DNA from: a virus
IMG/VR virus record: IMGVR_UViG_3300010366_000011
Span: 1 to 64,000 of that record
Length of the DNA: 64,000 nucleotides
Strand: one strand, 5' to 3'
Part shown: positions 1-8,574 of the stretch, piece by piece
Position numbering within the stretch: position 1 is the first letter of the stretch
How the letters are laid out: each line of letters starts with the position of its first letter
Program-made: the position numbers and the translations under genes
Notes under the pieces: model-generated
The model's input: the letters and a program-made list of their open reading frames with translations, nothing else
Databases searched by the model: none
What the model was told of the DNA's origin: nothing

Positions 1-281
1 ACCGTGGCGGAGTCCCATGCCCGCACCGTGGCGGAGCCCCATGCCCGCACCGTGGCGGAGCCCCCTGCCCGCACCGTGGCGGAGCCCCCTGCCCCCACCG
101 TGGCGGAGCCCCATGCCCCCACCGTGGCGGAGTCCCATGCCCGCACCGTGGCGGAGTCCCCTGCCCGCACCGTGGCGGAGCCCCATGCCTCCACCGTGGC
201 GGAGTCCCATGCCCGCACCGTGGCGGAGTCCCATGCCCGCACCGTGGCGGAGCCCCCTGCCCGCACCGTGGCGGAGCCCCC
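1..281. repeat. 24-bp tandem repeat, about 11.7 copies, continuing off the window
   Basis: Unit ACCGTGGCGGAGYCCCMTGCCYSC starts at 1, 25, 49 ... 265 with no spacers. Confidence 0.97.
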
Positions 282-377
282 GATGACGAACAGGTTGTCC
301 CCCATGCATCGCGGGTAGTCCCCGCGGGCGAGAGCGGCATCCAACTCTGTTTGGTTGTGAACGTCGACGCGTGCCAT
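1..377 (-). CDS. Octapeptide-repeat ([GD]SATV[REG]A[WG]) putative beta-solenoid protein, N-terminal part (runs off window)
   Basis: ATG at 377 preceded by GGAGG; reads MARVDVHNQTELDAALARGDYPRCMGDNLFVIG then GSATVRAG/DSATVRAW repeats with no stop; absent from the ORF track. Confidence 0.85.
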   Translation of the reverse strand, partial: MARVDVHNQTELDAALARGDYPRCMGDNLFVIGGSATVRAGGSATVRAWDSATVRAWDSATVEAWGSATVRAGDSATVRAWDSATVGAWGSATVGAGGSATVRAGGSATVRAWGSATVRAWDSAT

Positions 378-381
378 CTGT

Positions 382-528
382 TCAATCCTCCCTTTCGTGG
401 TTCTGCCAGGACGCCCGGCCCTCGCGCTCCAGGCGAAGCATGAGGTCCAGGTCCATCCTCTCGGATGGAGTGAGCCCGTAGGCGGCTGCCTGCAGGCGGA
501 TCAGGTATCCGAGGGTGAGTCTCTTCAT
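382..528 (-). CDS. Small hypothetical protein (48 aa)
   Basis: ATG at 528 behind GAAGGGAG RBS and a CAAGGTAAA promoter. Confidence 0.7.
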   Translation of the reverse strand: MKRLTLGYLIRLQAAAYGLTPSERMDLDLMLRLEREGRASWQNHERED

Positions 529-555
529 GTGCGTGGCTCCCTTCGTCGGTGAGGC

Positions 556-601
556 TTTACCTTGTATGCTCACCATACACCCGGACGGCTGAATCCGTCA
601 A
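556..601 (-). promoter_or_regulatory. CAAGGTAAA-class promoter
   Basis: TTGACG-N18-TATGGT-N7-CAAGGTAAA on the minus strand. Confidence 0.85.
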
Positions 602-631
602 GCAGCGAGGATCAGTTACTATGGGTGTTCG

Positions 632-1222
632 TTGCTAGAAAGGTCCAGGATCTTGAAGACCGGCCGCCCTCGCGTCGACCCGCGCCGGACGGAGAAACGG
701 TGCGCCCACTGTCATCTAGTGAAACCAATGGATGCTTTTGCTCGGAATAGAGGGTCTCCCGACGAACACCTTTATCGCTGTCGCGAGTGTGACTCCAAAC
801 AACGCCGGGAGCGATATGCCGCTAGCGAGGACGTCCGCCGCAAGGCCATCGAAGACTCTGCCCGCTGGCGTCGGCAGAACCCTGAAAAGAAGAAGGCAGC
901 ACAGAAACGGTATCGGGCGGCTCATGGCAACAACCCGGAGGAGAACCTGCGGCGGTGGCTAGCTCGGCAGTACGGACTCAGTGTCGAGGAGTACCAGGCG
1001 CAGGTCGCCGCTCAGAATGGGGTATGTGCGGTCTGTCGTTTGCCATGCCAACGCCACAAACGTCTTTCCGTCGACCACGATCATATGACCGGACAATACC
1101 GGGGCCTCGTGTGCGATCGATGCAACAAGGTCTTAGGAATGGTGGCCGATGACGTTGATTTACTCAGGGCATTGGCGAGCTATCTATCTGGCCACCGGGG
1201 GGACTTGACATCGGGTGTATGA
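632..1222 (+). CDS. Endonuclease VII-family (HNH-like) free-standing endonuclease
   Basis: N-terminal CxxC..CxxC; YGLSVEEY..QNGVCAVC..LSVDHDHMTGQYRGLVCDRCN motif. Confidence 0.9.
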   Translation: MLERSRILKTGRPRVDPRRTEKRCAHCHLVKPMDAFARNRGSPDEHLYRCRECDSKQRRERYAASEDVRRKAIEDSARWRRQNPEKKKAAQKRYRAAHGNNPEENLRRWLARQYGLSVEEYQAQVAAQNGVCAVCRLPCQRHKRLSVDHDHMTGQYRGLVCDRCNKVLGMVADDVDLLRALASYLSGHRGDLTSGV

Positions 1223-1239
1223 TGGCCGTACAAGGTAAA
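1205..1239 (+). promoter_or_regulatory. CAAGGTAAA-class promoter with a shortened (7-bp) spacer
   Basis: TTGACA-N7-TATGAT-N7-CAAGGTAAA. Confidence 0.7.
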
Positions 1240-1257
1240 CCATCGAAGGGAGCCGCA

Positions 1258-1779
1258 ATGCCTGATCTCAATCTCTACCAGACCCACAACGGTGTGATCG
1301 ATCTGGCCGACCCGATCGCCCGCTTCACCCGGGGTGCCCTGGAGGCCGTGGACTTCCTGCGCCGAAACCACGGTGTGCCCGCCAGGATCAAGCTGTCGAC
1401 CGACCAGCGCACCATCACGGTCACCTACCCGGCGCTGGCCAGCCACGAGCGCCCCTACGTCTACGCCCTCCGGCCCGTGGCTCCGCTCCAGCTCGGCGCT
1501 CGGTACTACTGGGAGGTACGGGCTGGCGCCCGCCGGATTGACCACGGCACCGGTACCCAGGCCGAGGTCCAGGCGTTCTTTGCCGGCATCCACAAGGCCG
1601 GTGAGTACCTGATGATCCCTGTCGACCGCCTGACCCTTTTCTCGGTGTCCGAACCCACCACCCGTCTCCGGGTGGGAGCCCCTACCCGCATGGATGATTT
1701 GCTGCAGGGCGCCACCCGGGCCCGCGCCAAGGCCGGCATCCGACCGGGAGGTGTGGAGGGTGACCCCGACCCGTACTGA
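1258..1779 (+). CDS. Hypothetical protein
   Basis: ATG at 1258 after GAAGGGAG RBS; GC3-rich codon pattern. Confidence 0.75.
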   Translation: MPDLNLYQTHNGVIDLADPIARFTRGALEAVDFLRRNHGVPARIKLSTDQRTITVTYPALASHERPYVYALRPVAPLQLGARYYWEVRAGARRIDHGTGTQAEVQAFFAGIHKAGEYLMIPVDRLTLFSVSEPTTRLRVGAPTRMDDLLQGATRARAKAGIRPGGVEGDPDPY

Positions 1780-1990
1780 GATTGCGGCTTACCGGGACGG
1801 AAAATGGCATCCAAGCATATCTCAATATTCGGCTGGCAGGGCTTGCCGCGGTCGGTGCTTCCGATGGATCGACGGGAAATGGGAGCAGGAGTATTGCCCG
1901 CACGCCCACCGCAGCAAGGTTGCTGCCCTGCGGTGCTCGAAGGCAGCGGCTCGGCGGTGGAACCGAAAGGCTGCTGCCGGGGAGAATTGA
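1760..1990 (+). CDS. Small Cys/His (CxHxH) hypothetical phage protein
   Basis: GTG at 1760 after GGAGG; CPHAHRSKVAALRC motif. Confidence 0.6.
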   Translation: MTPTRTEIAAYRDGKWHPSISQYSAGRACRGRCFRWIDGKWEQEYCPHAHRSKVAALRCSKAAARRWNRKAAAGEN

Positions 1991-1991
1991 C

Positions 1992-2037
1992 TTGCTAACG
2001 TACCCGGTGCAGGTGTACTATTACCGTACAAGGTAAA
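1992..2037 (+). promoter_or_regulatory. CAAGGTAAA-class promoter
   Basis: TTGCTA-N18-TACTAT-N7-CAAGGTAAA then GAAGGAG RBS. Confidence 0.85.
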
Positions 2038-2060
2038 GCACCGAGCCGAAGGAGTCAGTA

Positions 2061-4496
2061 GTGACCGAGACCACCGCCACCACCCGCCCCGAGCGCCACT
2101 ACCTGAAGTGCGAGGTCTGCACCGAGCCGGTCGCCTACGAGGGCAGAGTCAAGGGCTTCCCCGCCTGCAGCTACTGCGGCGGCAAGATGCGCTACATGGG
2201 CCAGGTGACCGGCAACCGCTGGAACCGCACCGAGACCCGGACGGCGTGCGACGAGCGTTGCACCCAGGCCCAGGGCCCCGCCTGCGACTGCCAGTGCCAC
2301 GGCGCCAACCACGGCACCGGCCGGGTGGTCACCGTTGTGGTCGAGTCCGGCGTCGCCCGGATCACCACCCCGAACGACCCGAAGGTCGCCGAGCGGGTCG
2401 CCCGGACGCTGGCCCTCGCCGCCGAGTTCGACCGCCGGCTCGCCGAGACCACCGCCCGCCTTGACACGGCTTGCGCCGAGGTCCGCAGCGCCAAGCGAGC
2501 CGGCGAGTACCTCCGGGGCGACCGCTGGCGCCTGTACGTCGAGGGCACCGCCCTGCAGGCCGAGCTCCACCGGATCAGCGGCCTCAAGACCCCCAAGGGT
2601 CGCCTCGAGGCCCTGGGCCAGATCGACGCCCTTGTGCCGGCCCCGGCCGCTGAGGTCGTCCCCGAGGTCTCGGTCGAGCCGGAGTCGCCCATGGCTCCGG
2701 TGGCTCCGGCTCCCGAGCCCGTCCCCCCGGCGAAGCCCGGCTGCCTGATGGGCGCCCGGTACGCTGGGATCTGCCCCGACTGCAAGACCGCCATCCGCGT
2801 CGGCCAGCCCATCTACTACGAGCGGACGGCTCGCCGGGCTGTCCACGCCGAGTGTCCCTCCGGCGACACCTGGGTTCGTACGCTGCAGACCCCCGAGCCC
2901 GCCCCCGACTGCAAGTCCGCCCGAGTCCCCACCCCCCAGCAGGCCGAGGCGATCGACCTGTACCGGGATGGATCCTCGCTGGCAATCAAGGCCCTGGCCG
3001 GCACCGGCAAGACCGCCCTCCTCGAGATGATGGCCGCGGCCACGCCGGAGCGGGCCTGCCTGTACACCGCCTTCAACCGATCGATCGTCCAGGAGGCCAC
3101 CGGCCGCATGCCGAAAAACGTGAGCTGCTCGACTGCCCACTCGCTGGCTTTCCAGGGCATCATGCGGATGCTGGGTGCGTCGGCCGGGCGCCGCTACCTG
3201 GACCGCAGGCCGGCGACCTCCGGCGGCCACGGCGTCCGCCAGCCCGGCCGAGTGGTTGCGCAGATCCTGGGCATCAGCGACTTCGGCGTGACCGTCAAGG
3301 GCGAGACCATCGTGATCTCCGCTGCCGCTCTGGCGTCCAACGTGCTCGAGGCCCTCGGCCGCTTCTGTAACTCGGCCGAAGCCGAACCCACCGTCCGCCA
3401 CTTCCCCAAGATCGAGGGCATCGATCTCCCGCTGAACAACGGGACGCCCACCTACGAGAACAACAACAAGGTCCACGCCTGGCTCCTCAAGTACCTTGTC
3501 CGGGCGTGGGAAGACCTCACCGCCCCGGTGGGCAAGCTCACGCTCTCCCACGATGCGTACTTCAAGCTCTGGGAGCTGGGTGGCCCGACCCGTACCGAGT
3601 GCCCCGTCATCCCGGCCAAGGTCATCTTTTTCGATGAGGCCCAGGACGCCTCGCCGGTCATGGTCTCGGTCATGACCCAGCAGCCCGAAGAGACCCAGAT
3701 TGTCTGGGTGGGCGACCCCCACCAGGAAATCTACGGCTTCCGTGGGGCGATCAACGCCCTAGACAACGTGCCCTCTGAGCGCCAGTGCTCCCTCACCTGG
3801 TCGTTCCGTTTCGGCCCGGCGATCGCTGCCGTGGGCAACGGCCCCCTGCAGATCCTCGGCACCGATCTCCGCCTCGAGGGCCGCGGCTCCGCCTCCTCCC
3901 GCACGGGTATCCTCGCCGAGCCCCGTGCGATCCTCTGCCGGAGCAACGCTGGCGCCGTCGAGGCGGTGCTCGAGGCCATGGACGCGGGGCAACGCCCGCA
4001 CCTGATCGGCGGTGGCAAGGCCATCGAGTTCTTCTGCGAGGAGGCTCTCCGGCTCATGGAGACCGGCCGCTCCTCGCACCCCGACCTGGCGGCCTTCGGG
4101 TCCTGGGGCGACGTGCAGGACTACGTCGAGCGTGACGGCTCAGGTGCCGACCTCAAGCTGCTCGTCAAGCTGATCGACCAGTACGGTGCCGGCCGCATCC
4201 TGGCGGCCATGCGGAACATGCCCAAGGAGCCTGACGCTGACCTGGTCGTCTCCACTGTCCACAAGACCAAGGGCCGCGAATGGCTGACGGTCCAGGTCCG
4301 GGGCGACTTCGGCAAATTCGATCTCGAGGAGGACAACCCGGCCGACCTCGCCGACGAGGAGCTGCGGGTGCTGTACGTGGCCGCCACCCGGGCACGTGAG
4401 GTGCTGGACTACTCCCGCTGCAAGCCCCTGGTCGCCATCATGCGGGACCTCGAGGAGGACGCCCGGCAACTCACCGAAGCGGAGCCAGTGGCGTGA
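2061..4496 (+). CDS. UvrD/Rep-like SF1 helicase with N-terminal Zn-binding domains
   Basis: Walker A ALAGTGKT, Walker B FFDEAQD, VGDPHQEIYGFRGA, STVHKTKGREW, LYVAATRA. Confidence 0.93.
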   Translation: MTETTATTRPERHYLKCEVCTEPVAYEGRVKGFPACSYCGGKMRYMGQVTGNRWNRTETRTACDERCTQAQGPACDCQCHGANHGTGRVVTVVVESGVARITTPNDPKVAERVARTLALAAEFDRRLAETTARLDTACAEVRSAKRAGEYLRGDRWRLYVEGTALQAELHRISGLKTPKGRLEALGQIDALVPAPAAEVVPEVSVEPESPMAPVAPAPEPVPPAKPGCLMGARYAGICPDCKTAIRVGQPIYYERTARRAVHAECPSGDTWVRTLQTPEPAPDCKSARVPTPQQAEAIDLYRDGSSLAIKALAGTGKTALLEMMAAATPERACLYTAFNRSIVQEATGRMPKNVSCSTAHSLAFQGIMRMLGASAGRRYLDRRPATSGGHGVRQPGRVVAQILGISDFGVTVKGETIVISAAALASNVLEALGRFCNSAEAEPTVRHFPKIEGIDLPLNNGTPTYENNNKVHAWLLKYLVRAWEDLTAPVGKLTLSHDAYFKLWELGGPTRTECPVIPAKVIFFDEAQDASPVMVSVMTQQPEETQIVWVGDPHQEIYGFRGAINALDNVPSERQCSLTWSFRFGPAIAAVGNGPLQILGTDLRLEGRGSASSRTGILAEPRAILCRSNAGAVEAVLEAMDAGQRPHLIGGGKAIEFFCEEALRLMETGRSSHPDLAAFGSWGDVQDYVERDGSGADLKLLVKLIDQYGAGRILAAMRNMPKEPDADLVVSTVHKTKGREWLTVQVRGDFGKFDLEEDNPADLADEELRVLYVAATRAREVLDYSRCKPLVAIMRDLEEDARQLTEAEPVA

Positions 4497-5139
4497 TGGC
4501 CCTCCGCATCTCTCAAGACCTCGCCCTGTCGCCGGACTTCGCCACCAAGACCGCCGGCATATTGGCGCAGAGACGCAAGGGCAAGTCGTATACGGCGTCG
4601 GTGATCGCAGAGGAGATGGTGGCTGCAGGGATCCCATTCGTCGCCCTGGATCCGACCGGTGCCTGGTGGGGGCTGCGCGCCGGGGCGGACGGCAAGGGCG
4701 CCGGTCTGTCCGTGGTGATCCTCGGAGGCCAGCACGGCGACCTTCCCTTGGAACGCGGTGCCGGCCGGTTCGTAGCGGACCTGGTGGTCGAGCACCCGGG
4801 GTTCTACGTGATCGACTTCTCGCTGTTCCCCTCTGCCGCCGCGGAGCCGACCGCTTCGCTCCTCAGCGAGTGCCGTCTGGCGACCAGCGCCTGCTCGGAG
4901 CCTTCGAGGCACTGGTGCGTCGTGGCGGGTTGCGAGGGATCGGCACGACACTTATCTCCCAGCGCGCGGCGGTCGTCAACAAGAACGTCCTGGAACAGCT
5001 CGACGTGCTGATCGTCCTGCGGACCGTGGGTCCCAACGACCGGGCGGCCATCGAGGACTATGTGAAGGCCCACGGCTCCGTTGGCGGGAGTGATGTAATC
5101 CGTCATTCCTCAGTTCATCCTTTCGCCCTCGCCTTGTAA
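4496..5139 (+). pseudogene. HerA/DUF87-like ATPase, frameshifted and truncated
   Basis: AQRRKGKS Walker A and LDPTG in one frame; ADRFAPQ..RRGGLRGIG..ISQR..VNKNVLEQ in another; Walker B missing; C-terminus lost. Confidence 0.8.
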
Positions 5140-5328
5140 ATGCCGAACAGCTGACCGAGCTGCGATCCACTCCTCGATCTCGTCTCCCCACCAGACCCAG
5201 CCGCCGGAGAGCTTCTGGCGGGGCTCGGGCAGGCTGCCCCGCTCCCGGCGCTTGCGGATGACCTCCTGGCTCACGCCGGCGGCCTCAGCCAGCTCGGCGA
5301 CGCCGTAGACCCGGTCAGGACCTATCAC
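5110..5328 (-). CDS. AlpA/excisionase-like HTH DNA-binding protein
   Basis: YGVAELAEAAGVSQEVIRKRRERGSLPEP..GWVWWGDEIEEW. Confidence 0.75.
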   Translation of the reverse strand: MIGPDRVYGVAELAEAAGVSQEVIRKRRERGSLPEPRQKLSGGWVWWGDEIEEWIAARSAVRHLQGEGERMN

Positions 5329-5570
5329 TTTCCCGCTCCGTCAACTTCCGAAGGAAGATCCGCAGGGAGCCTTATTGCAGCCTGCTTGGCCTCCCGGATC
5401 GTGGCGTAGCGCGCCCAAACTTTGCCCTCAATGACGAGTTCAACCGGCTGAGGTTGTAGGCCGGACCACTTGACATCCTGTCCTTGGCGGTTGATGACTT
5501 CGATGTCTGTCCCGCGCAACTGATAGTAGCCAGCTTCAACACGTCGCCACGGCGATTGTCCGTAGTGCAT
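5325..5570 (-). CDS. Hypothetical protein
   Basis: ATG at 5570 after AGAGGA; stop overlaps the next start. Confidence 0.6.
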   Translation of the reverse strand: MHYGQSPWRRVEAGYYQLRGTDIEVINRQGQDVKWSGLQPQPVELVIEGKVWARYATIREAKQAAIRLPADLPSEVDGAGK

Positions 5571-5648
5571 TTCGGTTTTCCTCTCGCTTGTCGTTTCCAG
5601 CCCATCCGCCGGGGTCCTCACACGGCCCCGGAAGTCGGCTGGGGGAAG

Positions 5649-5855
5649 CTAGTCGCTGGCCCAAGTGGAGTACCACTTGCGGCTAAGCGCCCAAGCCGTT
5701 TGAGCACCGATGTCGGAGCGAACTACGAAGTCCCCATGGGCTCCATAGACCTTCCCCCCGTCGGCAAGGTGGTAGCACATTGATGTGTCGTGGCCGTAGT
5801 CCTCGACCTTGCTGACCTCAACCCCGTTGATGGTGTCGCCTGTTCTCGGTACCAT
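5649..5855 (-). CDS. Hypothetical protein
   Basis: AGGGGG RBS; first gene after the promoter at 5894-5922. Confidence 0.6.
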   Translation of the reverse strand: MVPRTGDTINGVEVSKVEDYGHDTSMCYHLADGGKVYGAHGDFVVRSDIGAQTAWALSRKWYSTWASD

Positions 5856-5893
5856 CCCGTTTCCCCCCTGCTCGGTTCCCTGCTGACACCCAG

Positions 5894-5935
5894 ATCATGT
5901 CACATCTCAGGGACAATGTCAAGGCTCAGGGACAA
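5894..5935 (-). promoter_or_regulatory. Promoter with two 11-bp direct-repeat operator candidates
   Basis: TTGACA-N17-CATGAT; CTCAGGGACAA at 5906-5916 and 5925-5935. Confidence 0.7.
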
Positions 5936-6099
5936 AAGGGTTGACAGGGGGAATAGGATCACTGCCAGCAAGGCTGAGGCAGAACAGGAAGCGTGACAGC
6001 GCCCGCGTCCACCCAGATGCGATCGCTCTCGCTCGGGCTGCGGGGAAGCTGGCGGAATGAGCGCCGAGGAAATTGCCGCTGTCGTCGCCGACTTCCGCG

Positions 6100-6331
6100 C
6101 CGGGCACGTCTCCACCCGGATCTGCTGCCCTCCGGGATGGTAATCTGCAAGACCGCCCGCCACGTGGTAGCCGTTGCCGATGGGATCGCCCACGATAGCT
6201 ACGACTCGACGCGCGACGGGTGGACGCTGCGGCCGAGCGCGAAGGCATTTCTCGAGCTGAGTGGATCCGGCGAGCGGCGCTGGGAGCGCTCGGTAGGAGC
6301 GAGTGAAGAGACCGCACACCGGGACGCCTGA
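6100..6331 (+). pseudogene. Probable C-terminal remnant of a conserved mobile-element protein
   Basis: LPSGMVICKTARHVVAVADGIAHDSYD resembles a recurrent HxxAVxDGxxxDxxD phage/plasmid motif; upstream part looks non-coding. Confidence 0.35.
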
Positions 6332-6481
6332 GCCCCGCTGGATCGTTGGCGGCCGGCCGGCGTGGAACTGGCCGAGTGGAACCTCAACGTCCCCGCGCGC
6401 AACATCGCCGGCTGGAGCGTACCGGCGTAGCCGTTCATACGATCGGGGGAGTCCGAGACCGACTATCGGCTCATGCCCAGT

Positions 6482-7141
6482 TCAGCCCAGCGAGTAGGCC
6501 ACCCGGACCACTCCGGATCCCAGGGAGCCAGCGACGTCGAGAAACACCTGAGCTGAGGCGTCGATCCCTCGTTCGGGACAATCACAGTTTGGCCCATGGT
6601 CCCATATCCGGGCACGCACCGTGCCGGCCGGACCTTCCACCGTCACCGGGGTCCCGCAGGGAACACCCCGCATCGCGACGAAGTAGCGATCGATCTGGCC
6701 CGTGGGCGTCCTGAGGCCGCTATGGGCGCCTGCAGCGTCCCAGCAGGTCCAGGGCGGCGTCCAGGCGTACCAGGTAGCCAGGGTCGTGGCGGAGCCGGAC
6801 GCGGCCACAGGCGGCTGCTGGGGAGCTGGCGATCTCGGCGCCGAGGCGGGATTAGTCGCCCTGGACGTCGGTGTCGAAGGTGCCGAGGATCTCGGCGAAG
6901 TCGCTGCGGATCTGGATCGCGGGAGAGTCGAAGACGGCGGTGACGCTGTAGCTAATACCGGGCTCGAGGATGCCAAGGGGAGGAATGTCAGCGTCCGGGG
7001 TGAAGGGTGCGACCACCGACCAGAAAGGACATCGGGGGAGAGCTCGGAGCCCTGAGCCAGGCTGACCAGGACGGGAAGGCTCCCTATGACCACGAGAGCG
7101 ATGCTGGCGTAGGCGAGCCCGGAGGCCCGTGGGCGCCACAT
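6482..7141 (-). CDS. Secreted or membrane-anchored RlpA-like double-psi beta-barrel protein (putative lytic transglycosylase)
   Basis: N-terminal hydrophobic helix, S/P/T linker, ATWY..VAM..PCGTPVTV..IWDHGP..IDAS..F. Confidence 0.8.
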   Translation of the reverse strand: MWRPRASGLAYASIALVVIGSLPVLVSLAQGSELSPDVLSGRWSHPSPRTLTFLPLASSSPVLATASPPSSTLPRSRSAATSPRSSAPSTPTSRATNPASAPRSPAPQQPPVAASGSATTLATWYAWTPPWTCWDAAGAHSGLRTPTGQIDRYFVAMRGVPCGTPVTVEGPAGTVRARIWDHGPNCDCPERGIDASAQVFLDVAGSLGSGVVRVAYSLG

Positions 7142-7444
7142 CCGAAGTATTCAAGCGGAGTCTGAGGGCTGATGCAAGGACCAAGGCGAGCCCGACAGCT
7201 CCCGCCAGGGTCCCCGGAACCAAGCGCCAGGGCATCATGAGCGCCGACCGTGCCGGGGGGTGAGTCGGGTCCTGGCCTCCCCGGTCACGGCTGCCGGCGT
7301 GTTTCTCTCTGGTGGGGCATCGGCTCTACGGCGAGTGACCGCACCCTTTGGGCGGTGCGAAGCCCCGGCCGGACCTGAGCCCGACTGCCGGCCTTTCCCG
7401 AGTGTCGCCGTTTCATCGCTCTGCCCCTCGTTGGGAAGTCATAG

Positions 7445-7852
7445 TCATGCGGAGCGTTCCTTGACCGGGTACCCGGCCGAGGCCATGATCCCACCGTCTA
7501 CCGTGGGCGCCACGTAGACCTCAAGGCGGTCGGCCGCGGCAGCCGTGTCACGGTCGATCTTGAAGCCCTCCGGGTAGCTCATGAGGACCGCGGCAAGCAG
7601 CGCCCTGTAGCGCAGCACTTCGCCGGCCAGCTCGGTCACCTGGTCCGCCAGCTCGGCAAGCTGCGCCTGGTCGACGGTGGGCTTGACACTCTTGTGGGGC
7701 AGCCAGGCCCGTCGGGTCATCCAGGCGAGGACCAGGGCCACCTCGATTGCGACACCGAGCTTCTGGCCGCCGGTCCAGAGGACCACAGCCACGAACGCCA
7801 GCACCGCCATCTTGAGGATGGGCCGCTTCGGCCGGACAACGTAGCGAGTCAT
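7445..7852 (-). CDS. Membrane protein (2 TM plus coiled coil)
   Basis: GGAGG RBS; two hydrophobic segments. Confidence 0.75.
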   Translation of the reverse strand: MTRYVVRPKRPILKMAVLAFVAVVLWTGGQKLGVAIEVALVLAWMTRRAWLPHKSVKPTVDQAQLAELADQVTELAGEVLRYRALLAAVLMSYPEGFKIDRDTAAAADRLEVYVAPTVDGGIMASAGYPVKERSA

Positions 7853-7874
7853 GGTGGATCCTCCCGGCTGTCAG

Positions 7875-7920
7875 TTTACCTTGCCCGTCCAGTCTACTTG
7901 TCGACAAGTAGTTAGGTCAA
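7875..7920 (-). promoter_or_regulatory. CAAGGTAAA-class promoter containing a perfect 18-bp palindromic operator
   Basis: TTGACC-N18-TAGACT-N7-CAAGGTAAA; CTACTTGTCGACAAGTAG at 7894-7911. Confidence 0.85.
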
Positions 7921-7950
7921 TAGCGGGAGAAGAAGTATGTCCCGTGGAGC

Positions 7951-7996
7951 TTGACGGTGAAACCGCCCGGGGTGTATGCTTGGCGTACAAGGTAAA
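7951..7996 (+). promoter_or_regulatory. CAAGGTAAA-class promoter, divergent from the previous one
   Basis: TTGACG-N18-TATGCT-N7-CAAGGTAAA. Confidence 0.85.
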
Positions 7997-8020
7997 CAGA
8001 TTCCCCGAAGGGAGCCACCA

Positions 8021-8236
8021 ATGCTGATCGAGACCACGATTCCGACCTCTGAGCTACGCGCCGGGGATCGCATCCATAACTTCTGCGCGATCTTGCTGGA
8101 CGTCACCGTGGAGAGCGTGATCGGGGGCCGCATGACGGCTGTTCGCTCGGACGGATCTCGCTTCTCCACATCGGTTCCGGCTGACTCCCAGATCCTGGTC
8201 CGGGTCCCCAGGCCGGTCGCAACGGCGGCGGCCTGA
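8021..8236 (+). CDS. Hypothetical protein
   Basis: ATG at 8021 after GAAGGGAG. Confidence 0.7.
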   Translation: MLIETTIPTSELRAGDRIHNFCAILLDVTVESVIGGRMTAVRSDGSRFSTSVPADSQILVRVPRPVATAAA

Positions 8237-8574
8237 TGACCATCGATCTCGCGGCCATCCGCGCTCGGATCCTCGCCCGACCTCTCGAACTCGAGGGTGT
8301 AAGTCGCCTGGTCTGGGGTGGCGATGACACGAACTCCCTCATCTTCGGTATCTGCAAATGCGAGGATTGCCACAACGAGCATGCCACCTTTGAGATGGAG
8401 GTCGGCGATCGGGCAGCGGCGTGGAGTATCAGGCGTCGCGTCACAGGCACACCTGAGCAGCGAGGCGTGTGGGCGCTGAACGGGATCCTTGCGGCCTACG
8501 ACGACCGGAGGCAGCGGGACACCCGGCCGGAGCTTCGCTCCCTGATCGATCAGCAATATGCGAGGTTCCACTGA
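8236..8574 (+). CDS. Hypothetical protein
   Basis: TGATG coupling on both sides. Confidence 0.7.
   Translation: MTIDLAAIRARILARPLELEGVSRLVWGGDDTNSLIFGICKCEDCHNEHATFEMEVGDRAAAWSIRRRVTGTPEQRGVWALNGILAAYDDRRQRDTRPELRSLIDQQYARFH

Noticed and set aside
1-318. CRISPR array, or the plus-strand repeat ORFs (AESHARTV / PAPWRSPM)
   Set aside because: Units are contiguous with no unique spacers and there are no cas genes; the minus-strand frame has the RBS, start codon and operon context
2055-3722. Long antisense ORFs (also 46632..48608, 19882..20973, 31117..32127, 55949..57205, 10068..11309)
   Set aside because: Shadow frames of well-supported genes in high-GC DNA, with no recognisable motifs
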